DNA of 61,658 bases, filler included, from Hausera hauseri (lineage: Eukaryota), in assembly GCA_046269625.1 (NCBI GenBank). It is 11 parts of 11 records of this genome, joined end to end, with 100 filler letters (N's around TTAATTAATTAA, not from the genome) between each part and the next. Parts side by side here need not be neighbours in the genome. Positions count along the whole stretch, not along the records: positions 36,779 to 43,192 come from JBJURY010103098.1; positions 43,293 to 47,315 come from JBJURY010811643.1; positions 47,416 to 52,776 come from JBJURY010271619.1; 8 more parts are not named here. The stretch is one strand, 5' to 3'. Position numbers and translations under genes: made by a program. Shown in pieces: positions 37,321-48,330 of the stretch. Positions within the stretch are counted from its first letter, which is position 1; every line of letters starts with the position of its first letter. Below the pieces are notes generated by a model, which was given only the letters and a program-made list of their open reading frames with translations, was not told where the DNA came from and searched no databases.

Positions 37321-40300
37321 CACAAACATTTGTGCTGCTTCAGAGGAACTCATTGTGGTTGCAAATGTAGAATAATAGATGAATTTCTTCGCCTCGGAAA
37401 AGTGATTTGTTTATTTTTTGAATATTCAAATCCACCTTGATATTCTGAGTTTAAACAATTTGATTTAAATTTCCAAATTCAGTTTAAATTTTTATTTGTG
37501 GGTGAATCCGGTTAATGTTCTTAATTTTAAATTAAATAGTAGAATTTGGATTGTCTTAAATACTAATAGTAATTAAAAACACTACACACTATATCAACTT
37601 TTAAAACAACATATAGGGAAATAAGTATTTCCTTCATAGCATAAAACTCGTCCAACACCGATTTATTATTAAAGTTTTGAATAATATATTAATATGTTTA
37701 TGCAAATTGTACTTTTAGAGTTGGTACATATCACCAAGGAAAATAATTTTCTACAATGAAGGTTATTTCAAATTTTTAGTAATGAAATAATTTCTTTCCA
37801 ATGTGCAAAATGAAACTTATAAGATTTAATTAATTTTGAATTACATTTAAACTTGATTTATAATTTAAATTGAGAATTAATTTAATTATATTCTGGACTA
37901 CATTTTAAATATTAAATTAAAATTGTGATAATCTTTATTAATCGCCCAAATGAAATATGTAAGTTATGCTCGAAATTTCAAGTGGACTTCATTAAAAGAA
38001 AGCGTTGCACCTTGAAAGCTAGTTTCATATTTCCATAGAAATTTATAAATTTAACGTTTAATTTTAATATAAATTAATTTTTTATTGTCATTTAATTAAA
38101 TATACAAAACATTGCGATAGAAATATAAGTCTTAACTCTTATGTTATTTTAATAATTTGGTTGCTCTTTTGTTATCTGAATCAAAATGACACATCTGTAT
38201 AATCATACAAATATGTTTCTTTCATGTAAAATTTCATAGATTGAATAAAGAAATGTTAGGACCAAATTTAATGGTGGTCATTTTTAAAATGGAAAGTTTG
38301 CTAATCTTAATCTCTATTTTCATATGGTAGTTTTGTATTTTGGTTTTCTGTTTAACGACTCTGTCGTTTAAATAACTCAGTGGCAAGTTTATTTTCATGG
38401 AACTTTTATTATACATGAATTAAGAGTGTAACAAAATTTGTATCAAACTTGTTGATAAATACAGGGAGTCCGATAAGTAACGTCCGGGACAAAATGAGAA
38501 ATTTTAATTTCATCGTATGTACCAATAATGTAGTAGTTGTAAATGAGAGTGTTGTAATTTGTTATATAGTCGTATACATCAAATAATTGGCTTTATTGTG
38601 TTTTTTCTGTATCTGTATATTTTAATGTATTTTTACAATATAATTATTGTAAACGTTATGGAAAAACCAAACGATAAATAATATACAGAGTATTAAACTA
38701 GTTAAATCCTATTGTCAAGTGTATATAGTATTTTATTTAATGTGGAGAAAATAGACGATTCAATACGTTTGTAAAATGGAAATTAAATTGAAAATGACAA
38801 ACGCAAAAAGGAAAGACAAGATGAAATTCATTTTGTATTTTAGAAACGAGATGAATCTTATATAGTCACCATTTAATTTAAAATATTGAAACATGTCAAT
38901 AATATAAATTTTTAATATTTTTAAATCGACTTCTAGTCATTATAATTATTTTTTAATTTCATTTTGCTACACCAATTAATTACTCGCATTTTAATATTCA
39001 TGTAAATTTCATGTTATATAATAAAATATAGAACAATTTAATTTTTTAAACATTTATATATGTTGATTATTTTCAACATAAAACTGATATATGCTTCATG
39101 ATAATAATTGCACATTGACTATTGATCTAAATGCGAAGGTTTTCTATAATTTTTAAATAGTTTTGTCTAAATGATGCTATGAAAACAGAACTTAAATAAG
39201 TTCATATAATTATGTATATTGTTAGGATTAATTAATAAATAAATAATTAACTTAATTAATTAACTTAGTTAACTTAACTCGGAAATACAAATTGAAATAT
39301 AAAAACCAAAAATCAAAATTCAACCATAACATGAAAAAACAGTTCAATCTTCGAATCGAACCGAAAACGTATATATGATATAACATTTATTTTGTGATTC
39401 GAAAACAATAATATTGAAAATAACATTTCGTTATTCGAAATTCTGGTGATCCAAAATTAACAAAACATTGAAAATAATTTCAAAATCCAATTCATTCGAA
39501 CTCAGAAGATACAATAAATTTGGTGATCTGAAAATTAACAAAATATTGACAATAACGCTCCATGATTTGAAATCGTGAAGTTCAGATAAATTTGACTATG
39601 ACTAGGTGAATACTTTTGTATAAATAATAAATCCTTGTACATATGTAAACGTCATCTTGTTTCGATTATGTTAAATTCCTTCATGGGTATCTTCACTATT
39701 TCTGTAAATATACATATTTGTTATTCAAGGCGTCAAAATAATTAAATAATCAGATTATAATTAAAAAACTAACATTTTGAATGAAATAGGAAATACACAA
39801 GTACCGATATGATGTTGCACGAATTGACATACGAAGAGGACATTTTGTTTAAGAAAAAACGAAAACAAGAAATTATTATTTAAAAAAAAAATTTAATATT
39901 TAAATATTTTTTAGAAAAAATATTAAACTACTACAATATATTGTTTTTGCGTTGGATGATTAAGACAGATAAATTTAATTTTTCTCGTCCTTACAATTCC
40001 TTCAATTCTACTTCGATGTGCGATTGAATGATATTTTATATATTCTTAAGTAAAATAATTTTTAGAAAATTTAATGCAGCTACAACAAGTATGAAATGAC
40101 CGAGGGAATGCCATGGGTAAGAAAGATATTATTTCTGTTGTTTCGATTACAAATAAAAATTGAATTATTATTATTATTATTCGTATCTGCAATAAAAGAA
40201 AGTAAGTAATTACTTAGCCGCTTTTATTTTTATAACTAATTCTCAAATAAAATATTATAATCCGAAATTTGTTTGTTCAACTGATTGCATTCAGCAATAA

Positions 40301-40439
40301 AATTTATGAATTCACTGTATTTAGCTTATCCAACTAGCCCTTTCAAAATATGAAACTAAAATCGAGGTCAATCGTTGATTTAATAATTCGTCATATTTGA
40401 ACGTATATAGGTCCAGGTGTTCATAAGTCTTCACCGGAC

Positions 40440-40575
40440 CACCATTGGGCTCACTCTCGGAACTGGCTAGAACAAATATACTTATAAAACTGGGTGTGTA
40501 ACCAAAGCACTTATGAAGTGCAGAACAACTCGGAATAAACTCTGCATAATCTCAACAATATCATACATTGTAAAC
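40440..40575 (+). mobile_element. Possible remnant of RLE-type (NeSL/R2-like) non-LTR element 3' end
   Basis: Across frameshifts: LGSL.GNWLEQ..LIKLGV.PK...KLCIISTI, resembling the C-terminal restriction-like endonuclease region. Very decayed. Confidence 0.3.
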
Positions 40576-40782
40576 CGATTGAATATAAATGCATTGTCTT
40601 GAATATAAACTGCACTTCTTTAAACCACATTTTAAAATATTTTTATGTTTAAGAATTCCTTATAAATTGTCCATAAATGTGTATGGACTATTTTGTCCAA
40701 TATAATTTAAATTAATGCAAAACGCTCTAAATTTTATCATCAATTGTAGGATGATTTTAAGTTTAAATAAGTTAATTTTGAA

Positions 40783-41679
40783 ATGAATACTTTTAGAACA
40801 TTTAATAGACCTTATTGTAAATATCATCCCATGGAAGAACTGCTTGATGACTACAAAGCAGGTGATATGGTATGTCGAATTTGTGGGTTGGTCGTAGTTG
40901 CGAGAGTTATAGATCCAAGTTCTGAATGGCGGTCATTCGCAAATGATGACAGTGTTGATAACAGCCGCGTTGGTGTAGTAGAAGATAATAACTATGCAGA
41001 AGGACAAACGTCAATTACAATAGCAAATAAAAATAATCCAAAGTTTTTGAATGAAAATGGAAAACCCAAATATGCAGCATATTCTACAGTGTCTGCTGAA
41101 GAACGCTTTTCAAAAACAATTGTTGCAAAAGTAAAATTCTATGCATCTAATTTAGAAATGAATAGTATAATAATTGATGATGCAATAAGAGTATGCAAAG
41201 AATTTAAAGAAAAATCTAAAGGTAAGAAAGAAAGAACAAACTGTGACATTTTAGCTGCAGTAGGCATATTTATTGCTTGTAGAAAGCAAAAGATACTTAG
41301 ATCTCTAAAAGACATATTAAATGAGACTGGACTTGAACAAAAACCAGTTTTAAAAATGGTCAAAAAAGTAACACGTATTTTGGGGATCCGATTCCAGAAT
41401 TCGGTCAATTCAAATGATATTTGGATTTATTGTCACAAGCTTAACATTCGTGATAATATAATTATAAAGATGGTTGAAAAACTGATGAATTCGAAATTTT
41501 CTGAATTAAATACAAAGAATGGATTAAGTTTAGTTGGAGGTGCGATTTATGCGGCATGCTTGTGGAACAACTTCAATATTGAAGCGAAAAAAATATCAGA
41601 TAGTTTACAAGTAAGTGAAGCACAAATCAAATCCGTCTTCAAGTATTTTGCAAAACACAGAAAAGATATATGTACATAG
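40783..41679 (+). CDS. GTF2B: Intronless, divergent transcription initiation factor IIB
   Basis: CKYHP...DYKAGDMVCRICGLVV..RVIDPSSEWRSFAND...SRVG (zinc ribbon and B-reader); two cyclin-like repeats (AAVGIFIACRK..ILRSLKDI; GGAIYAAC); AATAAA 10 bp after the stop. Confidence 0.9.
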   Translation: MNTFRTFNRPYCKYHPMEELLDDYKAGDMVCRICGLVVVARVIDPSSEWRSFANDDSVDNSRVGVVEDNNYAEGQTSITIANKNNPKFLNENGKPKYAAYSTVSAEERFSKTIVAKVKFYASNLEMNSIIIDDAIRVCKEFKEKSKGKKERTNCDILAAVGIFIACRKQKILRSLKDILNETGLEQKPVLKMVKKVTRILGIRFQNSVNSNDIWIYCHKLNIRDNIIIKMVEKLMNSKFSELNTKNGLSLVGGAIYAACLWNNFNIEAKKISDSLQVSEAQIKSVFKYFAKHRKDICT

Positions 41680-42385
41680 TTATTTTGAAAATAAAGAGGT
41701 TCATATTAAAAATATTGTTTTATAGACCTTAAAGCATTTTTAAAATATAGTTTATTTCTTTAATGAAATCGTAAATCTATTTTGATAGAGGTATAAAAAA
41801 TTTTATTATTGTTCTATGTTATGGTTAGAGTTTGAAATTGACAATATGTAAGATACTAAATGTTTGAATTATATTTATAGGCATTGATACAAATATATTT
41901 ATGTGGAAAGCAAAAATGGTGAGCTTTACCATAAAATATTAAAAGAACTAAACGTAATTTTTTAATTATATAAAGTATCTTGAATTGAAATTAGCGTTAT
42001 AGATTTCATATTTAAATTCAAATTACCAATTGATTAAAATTAAATTTGTGTATACGTACGATTTAGAGGCTTTATTAAACGAACTAAATAAAAGATAATA
42101 AAAAATTAACAGAACAGATGCAACATAATATTGAATAACTTATTATAAATGTCATAATTCAAGAGAAGCTCGTAGTGTTCAAAACTGCAGGTTTCGTTGA
42201 AGAATAATCGTCAATAGCAAATGGAATGGCACAAAACTTCGTTAAATATTACCGAGGTTTTATTAGATAGGTATTATGTGATTTTTTGGAAGTTATATAG
42301 TAGCGTAGAGCTACACGCAGTTTGGTAATGTGTACCACAAATGGCTCGTATTCACAATGTAGCTCATGATAAAATGTTGCATGTA

Positions 42386-43192
42386 TCAAGTACCGGAAAA
42401 AGTAATTAACGTTTTTCGTGTTACACCATTAAAAATGGAGAATCATACTAGTTTGATGTAAACTTTATATAGTTTTCGAAAGCTTTTGTTTTGCTTGTTT
42501 TAATGAATAAAGATTCAAGTTAAAGCGCAAATTCAATATTGATTATTTCTAACCTCAAATAGCGTATTCAAGTTTTCAAATTCGTACTGTCTTGCTTTAT
42601 GAATACAAAAATGGTTTAAAAGCATCTTAAGCTGCAAGAAAAATACGAAATGCTTTTAGTGAAGACTCTGTAACAGACTAAGTTGTACGTTTTTGGTTTC
42701 GTCGCTTTAAATCTAGAAATGAAAACCTTGAAGATGAATCACAGTCATGGCGTCTATTGGCATGTGAAGACGAAGATATTCGTAAGTGTTTGGATGAAAA
42801 TCCACGTGCAACATGTGAAGAAATTGGCAAAGTATTAAAATGTGATGAATCGACCGTCAGGAAACACCTCAATGATATTGGCTTTACGCTAAAGCTTGAC
42901 AAATGGATACCAAACATATTGAATGAGAACAAGAAAATGATTCATTTCACCATCTGCAATTGTTTACTTGTCCGAGTAGCCAGTGATCCTTTCATTGATC
43001 GAATTGTCACTTGTGACGAAAAGTCGGTGACCTGTGACAATCCCAGAAGATTAAGGCAGTGGATAGAGCGCAGGGCAGCTCCAGAAACAAGTGCGAAGAA
43101 AGATAATCATCAGAGAAAGATTATGGTGACTGTTTGGTGGACTTCATGGGGAATTGTCCATGTAGATTATCTTTCTCGAGGCCAGACAATTT
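42386..43192 (+). mobile_element. Mariner 5' half with left TIR
   Basis: TA|TCAAGTACCGGAAAAAGTAATTAACGTTT TIR; WFRRF HTH, KWIPNIL, IVTCDEK, KIMVTVWW; in-frame stops near the N-terminus. Confidence 0.93.
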
Positions 43193-43292
43193 NNNNNNNN
43201 NNNNNNNNNNNNNNNNNNNNNNNNNNNNNNNNNNNNTTAATTAATTAANNNNNNNNNNNNNNNNNNNNNNNNNNNNNNNNNNNNNNNNNNNN

Positions 43293-43728
43293 TACTTCCA
43301 GCTGCTGCAACTGCATCTGTATCATATGGTACGACAAAGGCTACTGCCATAGATGTGGTCATTAATAAAAAGTAGGAAGATGCATAAAGGATGACTAATT
43401 TAATGCACCGTTTTTCCAATCGATTGCTAATTATCAATACTGGAATTTTTGGAAATCGGATATTATTAATTTGCACCCATTTAATATGTGCAGGTGTACC
43501 GCACTGTCATGAATCGATATGCACTATCGATTAGCACTTTACCCCGATCGATTCGATCAATACTGCACTGAAGCGATCGATATGCAAAATGTACAGTGCC
43601 ATGGCAACGGTGCCTAAAGGCAATGTCACCATGCACATGTACCGATCGATAGTGTACCGGGTGCACTGCCGATTAACACATGCGCAATATCGATTTTACC
43701 GATTACCCCCTCCCGGTAGGCAATAACA
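43293..43728 (-). repeat. Putative 3' LTR (distal end undefined), with PPT at 43729-43742
   Basis: Minus strand AAGTAGGGGGAAAA|TGTTATTG; the following ~260 bp are rich in ATCGAT and TGCAC motifs; ATTAAA further on. Confidence 0.55.
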
Positions 43729-43856
43729 TTTTCCCCCTACTTGCCTAATATGCAATTTTCTTGGTATATAAAACATTTGGGCCATTATGCTTATATATAT
43801 TCATAAAATAAGAACGCTATGCATAATGCTTTATTAAAATAACGTCTGAAAGTTCG

Positions 43857-46157
43857 TCATTCGAGATCATTATCACTGGTATCATTTACATTACTTTTAC
43901 AATTATCTATATCTTCAGAATTATCGGTTCTATCCAAAATGCTCGATGGAATATCAGGACCTTTAGTGTGATTATCAATTAAATACGTTATGAGAAATAG
44001 TGGATAAGCCTGTTCTCCACGGTATATAACATATTCAGCGTAACTTAGTCCACCAATACTAGGCCGACCAACAACTGAATGATGTCCTGGTGGAGCATGA
44101 GCCATTTTTGATCCGGTTAATTGCAAAAACGTTTTCCCCAATGAAACCCGGCAAAGGAGTAGTTGCTGCGGACATATGTAACAAGTACGATCTTTATGAC
44201 TAGGACATCCAGTACCACCTCCCAAACCATAAACATGCTGATTTGATTTTGAAGAATTTTCTGCAAAGTAAATTTCTGCCCCAAACATAATGCACACTTC
44301 TTGAGAATATTTGTCAATTTCAAATCCAAGACTAATTAATGTTTGGATAGGTTTTTTTGACAATTGAATTTCTGTTAGTCCTTTTGTAAGTAATACTTTG
44401 TCAGAATCACCGCTCCACATGTCGTTCATCCAATAGGATTCATCAGTGGTGTATGTAAAATCTTTGTTTCTAACGACGTTCAGAAACATTACATGTTTCA
44501 TGTAATTAACCATTTGATCTGCAGTAACAGCGGGCTCAATAACTCGAAATATATTTTTAATCCATTTGCATGTCAAATGTCGTGTGAGTCGAAAGGTCGT
44601 GTAATGATGTCTTAAAGCTACTGGATCAGAACAGCGTTTTTCTACTTCGAATTTATCCTTTAACGCTTCTTTAACCGTCGGCCGCACAACAGATAAAGTC
44701 TGTAGATCAGCAATTATGTTTATTATAATTTCGACAAATTGCCTTTTAAATGTATGATAATTTATTCGAGAAGAAAGTGTTTCATTAGAACTACGATCGA
44801 CTAACGATGACTGGTTCAAGTCGAGTAATTTCAAACAATCAGGCAGTGGTCCATTGTTTCCAAAATTATTATGAACATTTATTGAATTGATATGGGCAAG
44901 TCTAATCCATCGACAAACATAGCGGATAAATAAACGAAGGGGTTTTAAATCCTCGCCCAAAATATAAATTTGTTCGTGCAGAATATCGCCAAAAAAATTT
45001 AAGCATTCCGAAGAATAGCGGAAATGTACATCCAGAAAAGTGATATTAGCACAGGTGATTTTTATGGTATTTGTAGAATGTAAAATGGTACTTGCACTCG
45101 AAGTTGGAAATCCGTATAGGTCGCTGTTAATATACAAATGAAGCATACTCCGAAGGTTGTTCGAATGTGTTTCGGTTATTTTGCGAACACACTCCAATAA
45201 AATGACTTGAACTTGAGGCTTAGATAACTTATATTCTATTTTGAACATCAAATGGACAGCGCTCAACATTTTCTGATCGTGTGAATGAATTAAAACGTGA
45301 TTTATCTTTGAATCCAATAAATGATATATAGCTGGAAAAATTCTGGAAAATACTAGAGAAGCATCTGCAAGAAATTCGTAAAGTGTTCTCACTTCGTTTT
45401 CATCTGTTGTATATCGTAGTAAAGTGGCCAAAACTGTTAATGTTAAAGCTTGAATTGAATATTCATTTAATACGTCAGGCTCAAGAAGAACATTATTTTC
45501 ATGAGATACAGAACCCTGTGGAGTACTGTCAATAGCAATATTTATTTCATGATTTTGGTCCATTTGATCAGTTCCTTCGTAGCCACTGGAAACTTCTAAC
45601 TGAATTTGATCTACCAGCAAGTCGTTGTTTTTTTCCAGAAATATGTTAGTACATTTGTTCGTAGAACTATTTGAAATAAACAAAGTCGAACCATGAGGTT
45701 TATTAAGACCACCATCAAAATTAAACTTCGAGTCATCCAATCGTTTTGATGGATCTACACATAAAACGTCTAACAAAAGCTGCTTGGCTGAAGGAAAATG
45801 GAAGCATCTTTTATTGACAATATCCGGCTGGAGAAGACTTTTTGTTGACGATTCTAATTTGGCTTCTTCGAGATACAGAAACGATAGGTCAAATGGATTG
45901 ATTCCAAAGAGCATGTAAAAGAAAATACAACCTGCTGACCAATAATCACATTTTGATGTATATTCGGCAACAGTTGAATTACTGTGTAGTTCCGGTGCTG
46001 AATAAGCCGAACTTCCAAATATTTTAAATTGGTACCTTTGCCTAGTGCTGTAATTTCTCTTCCTTAACTCCAAGGGATCTGGTGAAATGATAATTTCAGG
46101 GATTTTAGTTAGACAGTTGACACAATCAAACGCTTGTGTCATCTCATATTTATACAA
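43857..46157 (-). CDS. Mosaic 766-codon ORF: kinase C-lobe + neurofibromin fragment + INTS1 fragment + tankyrase PARP C-terminus
   Basis: GSSAYSAPE...CDYWSAGC...DPSKRL (46157-45735); [35 protein letters not shown]...LLDSKIN (NF1, 45515-45252); [15 protein letters not shown]...FKRQFVE...YMKHVMFL...ESYWMNDMW...LISLG (INTS1, 45251-44310); [28 protein letters not shown]...[13 protein letters not shown] (TNKS, 44288-43977). Confidence 0.85.
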   Translation of the reverse strand: MYKYEMTQAFDCVNCLTKIPEIIISPDPLELRKRNYSTRQRYQFKIFGSSAYSAPELHSNSTVAEYTSKCDYWSAGCIFFYMLFGINPFDLSFLYLEEAKLESSTKSLLQPDIVNKRCFHFPSAKQLLLDVLCVDPSKRLDDSKFNFDGGLNKPHGSTLFISNSSTNKCTNIFLEKNNDLLVDQIQLEVSSGYEGTDQMDQNHEINIAIDSTPQGSVSHENNVLLEPDVLNEYSIQALTLTVLATLLRYTTDENEVRTLYEFLADASLVFSRIFPAIYHLLDSKINHVLIHSHDQKMLSAVHLMFKIEYKLSKPQVQVILLECVRKITETHSNNLRSMLHLYINSDLYGFPTSSASTILHSTNTIKITCANITFLDVHFRYSSECLNFFGDILHEQIYILGEDLKPLRLFIRYVCRWIRLAHINSINVHNNFGNNGPLPDCLKLLDLNQSSLVDRSSNETLSSRINYHTFKRQFVEIIINIIADLQTLSVVRPTVKEALKDKFEVEKRCSDPVALRHHYTTFRLTRHLTCKWIKNIFRVIEPAVTADQMVNYMKHVMFLNVVRNKDFTYTTDESYWMNDMWSGDSDKVLLTKGLTEIQLSKKPIQTLISLGFEIDKYSQEVCIMFGAEIYFAENSSKSNQHVYGLGGGTGCPSHKDRTCYICPQQLLLCRVSLGKTFLQLTGSKMAHAPPGHHSVVGRPSIGGLSYAEYVIYRGEQAYPLFLITYLIDNHTKGPDIPSSILDRTDNSEDIDNCKSNVNDTSDNDLE

Positions 46158-46760
46158 ATCAGCGTTTAATCCAAAATCGGTCGGTTTTAAGTGACCTTTT
46201 CTGTAACAATTATATTTTCAGGTTTCAAATCTCTGTAGAACACGCTGGCTATGAATAAATCGAAGTGCAACTAACAGCTCAGCAATCCAAAACCTGATAA
46301 TGGGAAATTTTTTTGATGGTAAAGATTCAATGAAGTCTGAATTTCTACTCATTAAAGCACTATGGGCTTTGCCTGTCATTTGATTTTGTCTCGAATATAT
46401 CAAACAACGAGACAAATTTCAAACATGTGATATATGTACACAACATTTTAAAGCCCAACCAACTATAGCTTCAATACAAACTATAACTGAGTGGTTTATT
46501 AAACAGAACGTCTGTAGAACCCTTGGAGTCCAAATACCACAATTAAGCAAAGCATTTCTTTTTCTTAATAAACTAATATAATTAATTGCAATATCATCGT
46601 AACCATCGAATGATTTGATAAATTTGGAACTCAACGTTTTCATATAGTAAGGTTTTTTCTTGTATTTCATCAAATAACAATTGCCATAACATCCATAATT
46701 CACCAAACCAAGTAGTTGAAAATCGGTGATTTTTATGGAACTATGCCTGCCTTTTCGTAA
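46158..46760 (-). pseudogene. NDR/LATS-like AGC kinase N-terminal part (frameshifted), continuous with the mosaic ORF
   Basis: DFQLLGLVNYGCYGNCYL...YYMKTL; RFWIAELLVALRFIHS; broken HRDLKPEN; [10 protein letters not shown]; long insert between DFG and APE as in NDR/LATS. Confidence 0.75.
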
Positions 46761-47499
46761 ATACAGTGATGAATTAGTTGTTTCCAGAATGTTAAAAACT
46801 TTCTTACGACTGATAATTTCCTTATTGAAGAAAAAGTATTCTGTAAATTTGAATTTGGAATCAATTGATACCGTATGTGCATTTTGGATTTTGTTGTTAA
46901 AGTTGAAATACATTTGTTAATTGGTGATGCATACCAATTAGTACCAGTAGATGTACTTGAATTTCGTTGAGATTTTTTTTTGATTGGCCCTTCTTTGTAA
47001 TATAAACGGATCAGCTCTACCAACAACAATATGAGCGACTAATGTATTGCCTTTCCAAATATGCTCGATAATGGTTTTAATGGCCACGTCTCGAACTACT
47101 GATGATTAAAAGGTAACGAAAATAACATTTGGGAACACTTTGATTTTGTGAGGATTCAGTTTAAGCATTTTAAGCCGATGTTTCAATTGACTGAATCCAA
47201 CTTTTGAACGAAGATTTTTGATTTCAAGTTTATACAATTCAGATATAAATTCCGGTTTGCTTAAATAATTCTGACACCAGTATAGTTTGGATAGCATACG
47301 GATAGGTATAAACTCNNNNNNNNNNNNNNNNNNNNNNNNNNNNNNNNNNNNNNNNNNNNTTAATTAATTAANNNNNNNNNNNNNNNNNNNNNNNNNNNNN
47401 NNNNNNNNNNNNNNNATGGCTAGATGTCGAGCTTAGTCATTATTTGTCGTCACAGTTTTATTTTGTATATAATTTCTAACTGCATTTATTTCAAAATTT

Positions 47500-48330
47500 T
47501 CTTTCTGATTATCCTTTATCATTTCTACTGGTCCATTCATGCTCCATACCGTTTTTAACTACATCTTTATTTACCTTTGGTTTCTCTGACAATCTTGATA
47601 AACAACCTGCCTTTGGTTTTCGTGATCCCGGTTTGTATTGGAAATTTAAAGTGTAAATCTGAAGCTTAAGAGCTCAATGTTGTAAACGACTATTTTGTAA
47701 AAGTCTATGATTCATGTATATCAATAGCGGTTTATTTTCGTTAATATAGTGTAAGAATACTTCTAGTGCGAGTATTACAACTAGTTATTCTCTTTCGATT
47801 ACTGCACAGTTCTTCTGATGTTTATTTACTTACCTTGCCGACATACGCTTCTGAGTGTTCTTTTCCATCTTCATCTTTCTGTGATAAGACTGCTCCAACC
47901 TCGAAGTCTCTTGCATCTGTTGCTAATATGAATAGTTTATTTATGTCTGGATACATCAAAATAGAGACACTTAGTAGTTTTTTAAAGACTTGAAAGACTT
48001 TTGGCAGTCGGCTGCCCAAATTACTTCATCTAAGGCCTTTTTTAGTAGTTCGTATAGCTGTTTAGTGATTTTACTAAAATCCTTTATGAATCTGCGGTAA
48101 TAATTAGCTAATCCAAAGAATTGGCATAATTCTTTTACTGTTGTTGGTTTTGGAAAATCTTTAATTTTTCAGTAATTTTTCTACTGATTTTACGCCGTAT
48201 TAATGGACTCTATGTCCAAGGATGTCAACTTCTTCCAGAGAAAATAAACCTTTCTTTTGGTTAATTTTAAGGCACATTATTTCGCACCTTTCACAGAGAT
48301 CTTGTAAAGTTTTTAAATGTTGCTCGACCA
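47500..48330 (-). mobile_element. Decayed Gypsy RT/RNase H fragment (family C)
   Basis: EVDILGH, FFGLANYYRRFIKDF, FILATDARDFEVGAVLSQKDEDGKEH, FQYKPGSRK; homologous to 12640-13278. Confidence 0.88.

Noticed and set aside
38459-38495. TA-CAGGGAGTCC Tc1-like TIR
   Set aside because: No partner TIR or transposase found.
40783-41679. TFIIB, dUTPase and RING as parts of one giant DNA virus
   Set aside because: They are on separate contigs, the TFIIB N-terminus is animal-like, and no capsid, DNA polymerase or packaging ATPase is visible.
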